From Salpingoeca rosetta (taxonomy: Eukaryota > Protista > Choanoflagellata): DNA of 64,000 nt. Both the position numbers and the translations under genes were made by a program. How positions within the stretch are numbered: position 1 is the first letter of the stretch; every line of letters starts with the position of its first letter. A model generated the notes under the pieces. It searched no databases, was not told the origin of the DNA, and saw only the letters and a program-made list of their open reading frames with translations. Positions 15,701-30,852 of the stretch are shown here, one piece after another. Location of the stretch: positions 1,671,611-1,735,610 of the forward strand of contig JAWQFM010000006.1 of assembly GCA_033442325.1 (NCBI GenBank), in the 5' to 3' direction.

Positions 15701-16763
15701 TGGGGACAAGGAGACGGCGCGTGGCCCGCTGCGCGTGCGTCTGTCGCTGGCCGGTGACAGCCGGGCGGATTCTGAGGCAGCGTCGGACGCAACGGGGACG
15801 GGACCGCCGTCGCTTCGCGTGCAGCACAAGGCGGCAATTCGCAAGCTCAACGAGACGCTCAAAAACATTCTCATGCGGGTCATGGCCAAGGAGGAGTATG
15901 CAGAGCTGGTGCAGCTGAGCCGGGCAAAGGCGGTAGTGCCGCCTGGCCGCGGGAAGAGCAGGCGCGCAGCAGAGGCGCAAGCAAAGCATACGCTGGACGA
16001 CGTGTTAGGGCGTGCGGCGATGCTCAAGTTCAGGAGCCTGACGCAGTTTGAAACGGCCGTGCGTGAGGCAATTGAGGCTGCGCGCGTCGCGGGTGGTCCG
16101 TCGGTTGCCCTGGTCACCACCGCAGAACACATGCGAAAGGACGTGGATGACATGATCACGGAAGACAAGAACAACCCGTACGAGCTGGAGCGGCAGGTGG
16201 TGCATCTTGGGTTAATGCGCAAGCAGAGCAAAGGCGGCAAGATGCCACCGTCAGCGCCACCAACACCTGGCATTGGCACGCCGCTGACAACAGCACCACA
16301 CTCGCCCGCGTCCACTATCGGTGGTGCAGCCACGACCACAACAACAGCAGCAGCAGCAGCGACGGCGACGGGTCTTGGTAAGGATGCGTCCGTGGGCAGT
16401 GGCGAGGGTGGTGCGACTGGCACACCGCTGGGCAGCGCAACAGGAACAACGGGCGCAAGCACAACCGGTGTTGGCAGTGGTGCGTTACCACCAGCCACGC
16501 CAACAACAGCACAGGCAACACCAGCAACACCTGCGACAGCTGCGACAACAACGGGAGCGCCAGTGCAAGGGCCAGCACAGGGCGCCCCTGCAACACCCGT
16601 GCAGTCGATGCCCAAGCTGACGTTCCGGCTGAACCAGGGGTCTGTGGTGGCGCCGAGCAGTGAGGAGGGCAGTGGGTCTGGTGCTGCGCTGTTGGACGAC
16701 AGTCTGCGCATGCTGGAAGATGTTGATGATGGCAGTGCCGGCGATGGTAGCAAGAAGGCATAA
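8076..16763 (+). CDS. TAF1: TFIID subunit 1 (TAF1); multi-exon with a large terminal exon (about 13129-16763)
   Basis: Conserved TAF1 blocks occur in order: WFPAF..GERLRL, QVEWEHDII, RWEDEVLYD, LDMNDP, FNLSNDRFY, FFPTHL..FHRP, LAEYSEEHP, FENNLFRAP, TPEEVCAYESM, DPTG..LGMSY, DLRKLPL, RKLKIYR..ISAYV. The exact start Met (8076/8085/8088) is uncertain. Confidence 0.93.
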
Positions 16764-17279
16764 CTATGAGAGTGTGAGTGAGTGAGTGTGTGTGTTCGTG
16801 TGTGTGTTTATGTGTGCGTGTGTGTTTGTGCGTGTGTGTTTATGTGTGCGTGTGTGTGTGTGTGCGTGTGCGTGTGTGTGTTTATGTGTGCGTGTGTGTT
16901 TGTGTGTGTTTGTGTGTGTGTGTGTGTGCCTCGCTTTCGCTTTCGCTTTCGCTTGTTCCCATCACGCGATGTTTGAGGTGAGTGTATCTTGACAACCCAA
17001 AGCACCGGTAGTAAACGCAAGCAGTTTAACTCACGGCTCTGCAGCGACCACAACACCAAAGCAGAACACTGTGCATTCATACACGCATGCACCAACGAAA
17101 ATGCAGCAAATCACATCACACAAAGAACACGAACAAGATCACACACACACACACACACATGAGAGGCCAAGCTATGTAAACAACGACGACCAGAAACAAC
17201 AATGGGCACATCTCACAAGCGGGTCTCAACACACACTGCCATTCCATTCACATCCCACAACACTGTGCAGTGCGGTGCG

Positions 17280-17623
17280 TCATGCAGTCTGCTCTGTGCT
17301 GGCTTGTGTGCTGGCGCCATCACCACCAGCAGCGGCGGGTGTGGCCTTATCACCATCCTGTGTCTCGCTGCTGCTCTTCTTGGTTGCGGAGCGCGGGGGT
17401 CTGATGACGCCCTCACTGAGGTCGCGCCGCATGGCAAACGCATCTTCGCCGTCCGCATAGTAGCGGTGCTCCGTGTCGTAGATCCTGCGTGTGTTGGGGG
17501 TGGGGGAAGGCAATGAATAACGGGAGGATGAGAAGGAATAACGGGGAAGAGGGGCAATAGCAAGGGATGAGGGGAGATGGTGGGATGGATTGCTTGGGCA
17601 AGCCCTCATGTTCTCGTGCATGT

Positions 17624-17673
<50 letters not shown>

Positions 17674-18688
17674 AACAAAGGAGAGGCTGCTGCTCCCTCA
17701 AAATTCAACTCACTCAAAGCCGAGAGTCTTGTTGTACAGGTTGAGCGCAGCCCTATCCATCAAAGACAGAAGTGTTGAATGCAAGGTGAGCCGACGGCAG
17801 CCACAGCAGGAGAACGAACGTCCAAGACAACCAGAAGCAAGCCACAAGAAAGCCACAAGAACGCCACAAGGAAGCCATAAGGAAGTCACGAAGCCGCCAG
17901 ACAACGACACGACCACAGGAACACACAACCACACAAACACACAAACACACGCAACCACATGACCACGAGCACAGGAAGGCAGGTCGCACCTGTTGCTTCT
18001 GCGGACGTGCAGGGAGCAGAACTTGGCGCTGTAGTTGTCCACCATGGCCTGAGCGGCCTGGTCCATGAGCTTCCGCGCGAGGCCGAGACGACGGTGCGAG
18101 CGCTTGACAGCAAGCGACGTCACGTGGCCAGTAATCACCTCGCCACCCTCTACAACAAAAAGGACGAGGCAACCGCGCGGGGAAGGAAACCGCGGAAAGA
18201 ACAAGGTGAGGCGCATGCAGTCGAGATGGGAACAAACGTCATGTTGGTTGGTGAGGCATGAGTTTCAAAACAGAAACCCCCCCCACCCCCATCACACCTA
18301 CCTTCGTCCATCTTGGCGAGCACATAACCAACAATGTCGCCGTTCTCATCCTCGGCAACGTGCGACAGCTGCAACACATGAACGTAAAAGAAAATGGAAG
18401 CATCAGCATGAAGCACCCGTGAGCTCGCGTTCACACACGACACAACAACACACGCACACCACACACGACACATACACAACAAAAACGACATGCACGCACA
18501 CCACACACCACACAACACACAACACACACCACACAACACACAGCACGGACGACACGCACACTGACCTGCGGCCAGCTGAGCCCGTGGTAGAGGTAGTATT
18601 TGAGCTGGTAGTTCTCTGGCAAGCACAACAGGTTGCAGTGCTGCATGTTGATGAGATCATCAACCGTTGCCGTGCGAATCGACACCAT
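17280..18688 (-). CDS. NAA10: N-alpha-acetyltransferase 10 (NatA catalytic subunit, ARD1)
   Basis: Motifs [62 protein letters not shown] and [15 protein letters not shown]. Confidence 0.96.
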
Positions 18689-18859
18689 CGCGCTTGCGTG
18701 CGTGTGGGTGTGGAGGTTGGTGGTGAGTGGTGAGCAGTGGTGTGAGATGTGACAGACGCGAGAGACGTGAGTGTCTTTGCAGCTGTGCGGTGTCTCTCTC
18801 GTGTTCGTGTTTTGCTTGTTTGCCTGTTGCTACATTTTATGCTGTTTTGACCCGTCAGC

Positions 18860-19870
18860 ATGGCCAGCGACGAACGGGTGCGTGCGTTTGGTCGTTGGTG
18901 GTGGTTTTCGCGCCCTTGCTTGCTTGCTTGCTTGGGCCTGTGTGCTGTGTCGTTACACGACAAACAGGCCGTTGGCTGGATGGCTGGCTGGGTGGATGGG
19001 TGGGTGGACCTGGGGTGTGGTGCGTGCACGGCTGGTGTTAGGTGGCTGGTTGTTGGCATGCACGTTCGGTGGATGTGTGTGTGTGTGTGCGTGTGAGCCA
19101 GTGGTTTGCTCAGCTAGGTCCTGCATCAAGAGCACGTGGTCCCAGCCAGCAGATCGATTTGCAGTGCTTGATGATGAGTGTGCTCAAATCACACGAACCT
19201 CAACCACCATGCATCCACGACTACACTAACATGCACGCTTGTTAGGTGTGCGTCTTGGAGCAGACGCCCAATGTGGAGGCGATCATCACCGCTCTCCTGG
19301 ACGAGTAAGCCGTGCCGCCGCCGCCGCCGCTGCTGCTGCTGCTGCGTTTCTGGCCTTGCTCCATTCATCTGCACTTCAAAGCTGTGAATGTGGCCTCAAC
19401 TCCTGCGCCCTTCCCCCTCCCCTTGTTGTCTGCTGTGTGCTACCACCACCTTGAGCAGGTCCACGCCGCAGACGGAGTTTGTCCAGTTCTCGCGACGCGT
19501 GGTATGTGCTGCCGTCCGCGCATCAGCCTCTGCTGTGGCAATTGGAGCTCCTGCATCGCTCGCGTCCCTGCTGACCCTTGACTCACAACGCGACTGCTCT
19601 CCCCTGTTTGCTTGTTTTTTGCCTCCACAGATCCGGCTGGTTATCGAGGCCGGTATCAACTTCCTGGACATGGAGGATCACACCGTGGAGACGCCATCAG
19701 GTACGTGGAACGTGGGTTGGCGGATGGGCGGGCGCAGTGTGGGTGAGTGTGGTGACTGGGTCTTGCAACAAGTGACTCGGCGTGACTGCAGTATTGCGTG
19801 GATGTTCATGTGCGTTGTGCGTTTGCCATGCGGTGCTGGTAGTGTCCACACACACACACACACACACACA

Positions 19871-19931
<61 letters not shown>

Positions 19932-21163
19932 ACGCACACACACACACACACACACACTCACTCACTCACTCACTCACACACACACACGCACGCACACACA
20001 CACACACACTCTCTCTCACACACTCTCTCTGTCTCTCTGTCTTGCCTCACTGTGCGCATCACCACTGGCAGGCCATCCCTTTCAAGGCCTGAAGCTTGTG
20101 CAAGAGCCGTGTGGCATCAGCATCATGCGTGCAGGTCAGCTCCCTTCAGCAACCCCCGTGCTTTTGTTCCCTCTACGTTTTGCGCTCGTTCAACCTGTCG
20201 TCACCGAATCGTATGCGCATGTGTGTCTGCGGGTGCGTGTTTGTATGTGTGAGTGTGATTACCCCAGTTCCTTTATCCACCTACGCACACGAGCTCACCA
20301 AACCGAACTCCACGTTCCCCTTCTCTCTCTTCCTTCTTGCACCATGTGGCGCAGGTGAGGCGATGGAGCAAGGCCTGCGGGACTCGCTGCAGTCGATCAA
20401 CATGGGACACATGCTCATCCAGCGCGACCGCGAGAACCCGAGCAGCGACCCCCAGGTCAGCATCACGTGATGTATGTGTATGTGTGTGTCTGTGTGTGTC
20501 TGTGTGTGTCTGTGCTGTGCGTGCGTGTGTGTGTCTCTGTGTCTCTGTGTCTCTGTGTCTGTGGCTGTCTATGTGTGTGTGTATGTGATGTAGAGGCACA
20601 CATGACCACGTTTCGCAAACTTTGTTCGTTAGTTCGTTTGTTCGTTTGTTCGTTTTTGTACCTGCACGCTTTACCTGGTGTTTCACTGCACCTGATCGCT
20701 CCTCGTTCTCATGCTCCCCCCCCCCGTCTGCATGTGTGCGTGTGCATGTGGTGCAGATTTACTTCCACCACCTTCCCGCGAACATTGATAAGAAACCCAT
20801 TCTCCTCCTCGACCCCATCATTGGTGCGACACGCGCACATGCAGTGCACTCGAACCAACAAACCAAATCAAGCCTTGTTCCACCTCACACCTGTACTCAC
20901 ACACACGCACACACACTCTCTCTCACGCACACGCACACACACACACACACTGTGCAGACTCTGGCGCGACCATCATCAACGCGCTGCGCATTCTGGTGAA
21001 GGAAGGGGCAGAGGACAAACGCATCATCATCCTATCGGTGTTTGCGTCCGACGCAGGCATCGATAGGGTCCTGGGCTCCTTTCCCAACGTGCGCATTGCA
21101 CTCGCGCGTAAGATGGACAACTGCCAGGCCGTTCGCTTCTCCAAGCGCTACTTTGGCACCTGA
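18860..21163 (+). CDS. UPRT: Uracil phosphoribosyltransferase homolog (animal-type C-terminus)
   Basis: Motifs IRLVIEAGINFL, CGISIMRA-GEAMEQGLRD, GHMLIQRD, ILLLDPII-DSGATII and C-terminal FSKRYFGT*. The start exon MASDER is inferred from an in-phase splice to VCVLEQ. Confidence 0.88.
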
Positions 21164-21801
21164 TGACCCTTAAGCAACCCCCGCGCTCAGTGCTCTCCCT
21201 TCTTCCCCCCCCCCTTCCTTCCCTCTTAGATCGGTGCCTGGCTGGTTGCTGGTTTGTTTGCTTGCTTGTTTGTTTGGTTGGTTGGTTGTTTGCTTGTTAT
21301 CTGACCTGATGAAATCCACGAAAAATGCTTTGTGCCCACGACCGTTGCTTCTTGCTCATGTCTCTGTTTGTTTGTTTGTTTGCTGTCTTCTCCCTCGCCC
21401 GCCTGGTATTCTTGTGCTTGCGTGTCTGTCTGTCTGTGGCCCGAGGCCCATGAAAAATGAAACGCCATGTTATGGAATGTGATGTGAGCAAGGAAATGGA
21501 AGGAAATGGAGTCAAATCATGTCATGAGATACAAAGCACAGTGATGGGTGTGGCCGTGCGAAACGCCACCAGCAGAGAAACAACAGCAGCAAAGCAGTAC
21601 CCGCATCACTGAGCGGCAGCGCAAGAAAGTAGGCAAGCCATTATCAAAAAAAAAAATAACAACAAGGGAAAGGAAATGCACACAAACACACACACACACA
21701 CACGACGCAGCGTACAAAAAAAATGTCTTCGTTTGTGCAGCGTATGTGTTTGAGCCCCTCTCATCAAGCCATCGTCACTGCCATCGTCACCAGTGGCATC
21801 A

Positions 21802-22596
21802 TCAGGAGAGGTCGCGCAGTGCCACGTACGCGGGCTCCGTGGACCCCGAGCTGCGGCGGGAGCTGCGTGTCTGCGATGGCGACGACGGCGTGTTTGTCAG
21901 CGGCGGCACCGCAGTGGTGTCATTGCTGCCATCATTGTCATTCTTGTCGCTGTTGTCGCTGTTGTCGTTGTTGTCGTTGTTGTCGTTGTCGTTGTTGTTG
22001 GTATCACCAGCCGCAGCGCCATCAGTGCTTGGAATGGCATCCACTTCTCGCTCTTCATCGTCGTCAGCCGCGTCAGGACCGGGAGCATCCGCCTCATCCT
22101 CATCCCCTCCCTCTTCCTCGTCCGTTTCCTGCTCCTCCTCCTCCCCTTCTTCGTCGCTGGCATCATCTTGCGCGGGAACTGTGAGCGTCTCACCACCATC
22201 GCCATCACCGTCACTGTCACCATCAGCATCACCATCACCGTCAGCATTGTTGGTGGTCAGCTCAACGTCGTTCACATGCACCTGTTCGTCACCCCCATCC
22301 TCGCTGTCAGTGCGCTGCTGGTCGTTCCCCGTGTTGCTGAATGCAATGCTATCGTCATCATCGTCGTCATCGTCGCCACCGTTGCCTTCGCCCTCGCTCG
22401 GATCCTCTGTCCACGCGCGCATCCCCTTGGACAGCTGCGCGCACACAAGGCACGGGTGTCGTGTGAGTGCTTGTGGTGCGGAACGATGGGGGGGGGGTGC
22501 TAGGCAGGGATGTACGAAGGTGGTTTCAAAAACTCGAACCACACGCAGCACTCACACACACGCACACACACACGCACACACACACGCACACATACG

Positions 22597-22674
<78 letters not shown>

Positions 22675-24336
22675 CACGCACGCACACACACACACACACG
22701 CACACACACAGCGCGCACACATACACAGCACGCACAAATACGCACACACACATACGCACCAGAGCTGTCGCGTCGAAGGAGCCCTTGGACATGATCCTGC
22801 CCATGGTGGCCATCTCGCCACCGGGCACGGGCGCCGACCACGACGTGCGCTTGGAGCCGCCGACAAACGTCAGCTTGTCCTGCGCGCTGCTCGCTGCACC
22901 GCTCTTGAGTAGCACCTCGTAGATGTGCGACGTGGCCTCGCTGGTGAAGCCAATGGATGTGTACAGCTCACGTGCGGGATCGTGCTCGTCCTGGTACAGC
23001 AGCACCTCCTTGATGCCGTGCTCCTTGCGCAGGTGCTTGATGGCGTTGCACAGCAGCGCTTTGCCAAACCCGCGCCCGCGGTACCCGCGTGGGGTCACGC
23101 ACGTGGTCACGCGCGCCTTGCTCGACGACACGTGGCGGATCATGCAGAAGGAGACCATGTGGTCCCTGTACACGTGTGCAAACAGCCACCCGTGCGACGC
23201 GGCGTCACGGAGGGCCTCGCGGCACTGCGTGCTGATGGGCGCAAAGTCACCCCACCGCTCGTTGAGTGCGTCGTAGAACTTCTCCGTGTATGACTCGGCC
23301 TCGTTTGCCTCGACGGTGATGAGCTTGCCCGGTGCAAGCTTCTTGTTGTTCTTCAGTTTCTTGAGCACCAGCACGTCGCGCGTGTGGGAATGCGTCACGC
23401 GCTCGGCCCAGTCCGACATCTCCAGAGCGGCGTCCGCAAACGCCCGCGCCGTAATCGGGTCGGAGATGACCGCCTCCATGTGTTGCTCCTACATGTAAAA
23501 CGACGACAAGAGACGAGGACGATGACGACGATGATAAGGAGGACGATGACGACGATGATAAGATGGGGGGGGGGGGTGCAGGATAATAGAACATAGAACA
23601 AGGGTAACACGCAACGTTGTAACCCGTGTTGTTGAGGTGAAAGCAAGGAGCAAGACAGCAGCGTGTATTGATCAAGGCACTGATCAAATCATGGAAGGGA
23701 GCAGGGGGAGGGAAACAAAGGGGAAGACCAGGGCCCTGTCAAGGCAATTGCGATGACAACAACCACGAGTGATGATGCATGCAAAAACACAGAAACATGC
23801 GTCGTGGAGGTGTCACGTACCCGCTCCTTCATCTCCTGGATCAGGGCTGAGACTGCTGGCTCGTAGATGTCCGGCTCCTGGGAGAGGCGGGCAACGTGCA
23901 TGCCATGCCAAGCGCTGTATTGCAGGACGACGAGGACGATGCCGCCAACACTCCCATCGGAATCGCCAAGCGAGACGGTCGCCAGAAGCAGGGACGAAGG
24001 CCGGTGGTCTGGCAGATCCTCCAGTACGGGCAAGAGGCCCAACATGCCGCTGTGCTGCAGTTCATCCCTGCCAATGAGCGCCAAAACGACACGCACAAAG
24101 CACGTGAGCGTGCGTGGATGCGTGGATGTGATGGTACGTGTTTGTGTTTGGTTTGCATTGTTCGTATTGGCGATGCATGTCTTGCGTGGTTGGTATTGCC
24201 TGTACTGTGGCGATGTGGGGGAATGAAGCGAGGTGAGTCGGAGCAAGAACAGAGGACCATGGGGGTCCGACCTGAGTAGGAAGCGCTCGACGCGCTCAAT
24301 GAACACGAGAGGGTCTTGGAACACCTCCACCTTCAT
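21802..24336 (-). CDS. GNAT-family acetyltransferase resembling bacterial two-domain GNATs, with an added acidic low-complexity C-terminal tail; 4 exons
   Basis: Acetyl-CoA motif VTPRGYRGRGFGKALL and downstream LLYQDEHDPARELYTSIGF. N-terminus MKVEVFQDPLVFIERVERFL. Phase-0 splice into an Asp/Glu-rich last exon. Confidence 0.75.
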
Positions 24337-24537
24337 GGTTCTCTGCTGCTGTGTGGCTGCGACTGTGTGGGTGGGGATGCGATTGGGGGGGGGGGGGTGT
24401 TGTTGTTGGGTGGAGGAGTGAGGTTGTGTTGAATGTGCATCGAATCATTGACAGGGACATCTTAACTTTATGGATTTGCTGACACACAACAAGAAGGACA
24501 AGAAGCAAGCAAGAGAGGAAGGACGCGAGCGGCCAAT

Positions 24538-26846
<2,309 letters not shown>

Positions 26847-27338
26847 CCGCACACACGCATGCACACATGCCCATGTTCCTTGTCAATGAATATGACTTTG
26901 CGTGATGATGGTGGTAATTGTTGTGCGTGACGCGCCACTCCCATGCGTGCCAAACGCGCTTGCACAGCTTTCCCTTCATCCTGCTATGTTGCCCCCATCC
27001 CCCCCCCACCCCCTTCTCTCTCTCTTCTGTCGGGCATGCACAGTAGGGATCTGCTTGCTCTCAGTCAATGACATTTACGCGATTGAAACTCGCATGAACA
27101 CACGTGCGCGCACATCGCGCAGGCGGACAGGGCGAATGCGAGAACAGAGATGAAAGAGGAGGGGGGAGGAAAGGAACCTTGTACAAAGAGAGAAAGAGGG
27201 GAAGGAAGGAGGAGAGGGACCGGTGCACACAACAAGCACCCACACACCCACACACCCACACATCCACACATCCACACACCCACACATCCACACACCCACA
27301 CACACACACACCAAGCGAAGCTGGGGAGCAATGAGGAG

Positions 27339-27665
27339 CTAGTAGCGGTACTTGGTCGAATAGTCCTTTGGCGACACGACGAGACCTCGGCCCTTTCGTG
27401 CTCCTCTGTACACCGTCTGCACGTTTGTTTGGGGGGGGGGGAAGGAGGGATGGATGTGAGAGATATGAATGGCGAGAGGCAAGAACAGACGCAGAAGAAC
27501 AGGGGTAGAAGCAGCGACGAAAAAACAAGTGGGGTCATGCAGGTTGCATCAGCACACACGCACAAGCACAAGCACAAGCACAAGCACAAGCACACACGCA
27601 CAAGCACAAGCACAAGCACAAGCACAAGCACACGCACACGCACACGCACACGCACACGCACACGC

Positions 27666-27696
<31 letters not shown>

Positions 27697-28322
27697 AGCA
27701 CACGCACACACAAGCACACGCACACACAAGCACACGCACAAGCACAAGCACGCACACATGCGAACGCACCTCCACGATGTCGATGAGTTCTTGCTCGTCT
27801 GTAAAGGCCCAGTTGATCTTGTTGTTGTTACCCGTGCCCAGATCAATCATGATGTGCTTGTTCCGGAAGAAGAACATCAACGTGCAAGGGTCATACAACT
27901 CGTACCTGCGTGGTGGGTGGCGCAAGAGCGCAGCAAAGCGTTAGCTTGGACACGGCACGATGACAGGGATAACAGGGGATAACGGCTGCGCACACGTGGG
28001 GACGTCCATACATACATTTGCTCGTTTACACGCACCCACTCACGTACAAATGCATACGCACGCGCATGCGTATCCAACGCGCACGCACGCACGGTGAGGC
28101 AACTTACATGGAGTTGAAGTCGGGAACCTTGGTGATGTCGACAAGGTAGATGACCGCAAAGTTCTTGACCTTCTCTGAAATCTTGAACAGGCACTCGTCC
28201 GTCTTCATGCAGTCGGGGTCCCAGTCGTGTCCAAAGCGGATGATGACCACCCGGTCTTCCTCCGCCATGATGGCTTGGTCGACCTGCCATCCGTTCTTGA
28301 GATGCGTCAGCATGTACGACAT
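27339..28322 (-). CDS. TXNL4A: U5 snRNP thioredoxin-like protein Dim1; 3 exons
   Basis: Motifs MSYMLTHL..GWQVDQAI, RFGHDWDP, YELYDPCT.MFFFRNKHIMIDLGTGNNNKINW and VYRGARKGRGLVVSPKDYSTKYRY*. Confidence 0.97.
27556..27755. repeat. Compound hexamer repeats (GCACAA)n/(GCACAC)n in a DIM1 intron
   Basis: Seen directly. Confidence 0.9.
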
Positions 28323-29285
28323 GGTGGCGGTCGAACGAAGCGGGCGCAGTCACAGTCCAACAAGTTGAAGTTGAGGCGGGTTGGGGAGGATGAGTAGAGG
28401 AGGTCGGCTGGCTGTCTGGCAGCTGGGAGTGTGTGCGGAGCAGGAGCAGGAGGATGGAAGAGGTGTGGCTGGTGTGTCTGGAGGAGTGTGGAGAACGGGT
28501 ACGACGAACGAAGGAAATGGCTGCACAAGTCCTTGCGTGCTTGCTTGCTTGCTTGCTGACTCGTTGCTCGCTTGCTTGCTTGCTTGCTTGCTTGCTTCAG
28601 GCGGTTCCACGTCAACACTCTCAACCACACACACAACGTTCGCACAGCAAACACAGCAAGAGGAGAACGAAGGGGAAAGGCCAAAACGAGCAACGCCACA
28701 GACCAGTCCTTTGCCGCGAAATTCAAAAATGGTGGCGTCGGCAAGTTGTGTATGTGTGTAGCGTGTGTGCAGTGAACGGGTGAAGTTGTGACAGGTGTGA
28801 AGTGCTAGGCTTCAAAGAGCTTCTCTTTGAAGCTTTGAAGTGAAACTCGAGAGCTGGAGGGGATGCAGAGACACACGCACAAGCCCTTTTTGTGTTTCTT
28901 GCACGCACTCTCACTTCGGCAATTCTGTTACCATAGTGTGAGGAGTCAAGGGTGGAATGCAAGGATGGGGGGAGTCCTCTCAAGCCTAACATTTTGCTTT
29001 CCTCGAACAACAACAGGCAATCAACAAACACCGCAATACGCGTTGTTCTCTTTTCGATGAACTGCTGGATCACATGCAAGCATGCACTTTTTGAACAATG
29101 TGCTCAACCATGCCAACATCCCCCCCGGCTTAAATCCACCCACAGGATTACTGTTCGCATGCTGGATTTGATTGGTTGTATGTCTGTTTATGTTCTCTCG
29201 TAACGCAGCAGCACCAAACAAACCACTGCAGCCCCATCGAACAGCACACGCAAATGGCCGAGACAGCGGCCAGCGCGTTGGTGCA

Positions 29286-29405
29286 CTAGAAGGCGCCAAG
29301 CTCTGACAACTTCTGGTGCGCTGCAGTGTAGTCTGCAAAGAACTTGGCCTGCACACACGAAGCAAGGCGTCGGCCACATTTTGCACACACACAACACACA
29401 CACAG

Positions 29406-29437
<32 letters not shown>

Positions 29438-29740
29438 ACAAAGAAGCACGTGTGAGTGGAGGCAGCGGCAAGCGGGTTGTTTCGCATACAACCATGACTG
29501 CAAACCAATAACCTCAAAGACCACGACAACACCCTGTGTTATTCAACCCCCCCCCCTCTTATCCTGGCAAACAAAAGCAACGCCACCAACCCACACCATC
29601 CCTCGCCCCACCTGGTCCTGCGCGTAGAGATTGACAAACTTGGCCATGGTTGGCGAGTCCAGCAGGGCCTTGTCGGTTGGCAGGACAAGCAGGCCGTCCT
29701 TGGGATTGAGCAGGTTCGAGAAGTAACTGTTGTCAAACCT
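29286..29740 (-). CDS. Last two exons of a class I heme peroxidase (ascorbate or cytochrome c peroxidase family); upstream exons are lost in the assembly gap
   Basis: FDNSYFSNLL..DGLLVLPTDKALLD..FVNLYAQDQ and FFADYTAAHQKLSELG are the canonical APX/CcP C-terminus. Confidence 0.88.
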
Positions 29741-29917
29741 GCAACAGCGCACGCACAAGCAGGATGTGCGTGTGTGCGTGTGTGTGCGCGCGTGTGTGTG
29801 TGTGCGTACGTGCGTGCGTGTGCGCGTGCGTGTGAGGGACCTGCTCGATGCGTTCGATACATTCGATATTCGATGTGTTGGATGCGGTGCAGTAACTCCG
29901 AAACGCAAGCATACAAT

Positions 29918-29985
<68 letters not shown>

Positions 29986-30708
29986 NNNNNNNNNNNNNNN
30001 NNNNNNNNNNNNNNNNNNNNNNNNNNNNNNNNNNNNNNNNNNNNNNNNNNNNNNNNNNNNNNNNNNNNNNNNNNNNNNNNNNNNNNNNNNNNNNNNNNNN
30101 NNNNNNNNNNNNNNNNNNNNNNNNNNNNNNNNNNNNNNNNNNNNNNNNNNNNNNNNNNNNNNNNNNNNNNNNNNNNNNNNNNNNNNNNNNNNNNNNNNNN
30201 NNNNNNNNNNNNNNNNNNNNNNNNNNNNNNNNNNNNNNNNNNNNNNNNNNNNNNNNNNNNNNNNNNNNNNNNNNNNNNNNNNNNNNNNNNNNNNNNNNNN
30301 NNNNNNNNNNNNNNNNNNNNNNNNNNNNNNNNNNNNNNNNNNNNNNNNNNNNNNNNNNNNNNNNNNNNNNNNNNNNNNNNNNNNNNNNNNNNNNNNNNNN
30401 NNNNNNNNNNNNNNNNNNNNNNNNNNNNNNNNNNNNNNNNNNNNNNNNNNNNNNNNNNNNNNNNNNNNNNNNNNNNNNNNNNNNNNNNNNNNNNNNNNNN
30501 NNNNNNNNNNNNNNNNNNNNNNNNNNNNNNNNNNNNNNNNNNNNNNNNNNNNNNNNNNNNNNNNNNNNNNNNNNNNNNNNNNNNNNNNNNNNNNNNNNNN
30601 NNNNNNNNNNNNNNNNNNNNNNNNNNNNNNNNNNNNNNNNNNNNNNNNNNNNNNNNNNNNNNNNNNNNNNNNNNNNNNNNNNNNNNNNNNNNNNNNNNNN
30701 NNNNNNNN
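29986..30708. other. Assembly gap (723 N) flanked by (CA)n on both sides
   Basis: Run of N. Confidence 1.
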
Positions 30709-30764
30709 ACACACACACACACACACACACACACACGTACACACGACGACGACGACACAGACAC

Positions 30765-30840
<76 letters not shown>

Positions 30841-30852
30841 AGCATAGCATAC

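Noticed and set aside
12996-16753. Long antisense ORFs (470 and 488 aa) opposite TAF1, and similar ones opposite RNase J, UGM and GNAT
   Set aside because: These are the expected shadow ORFs of GC-rich coding sequence and have no recognisable motifs.
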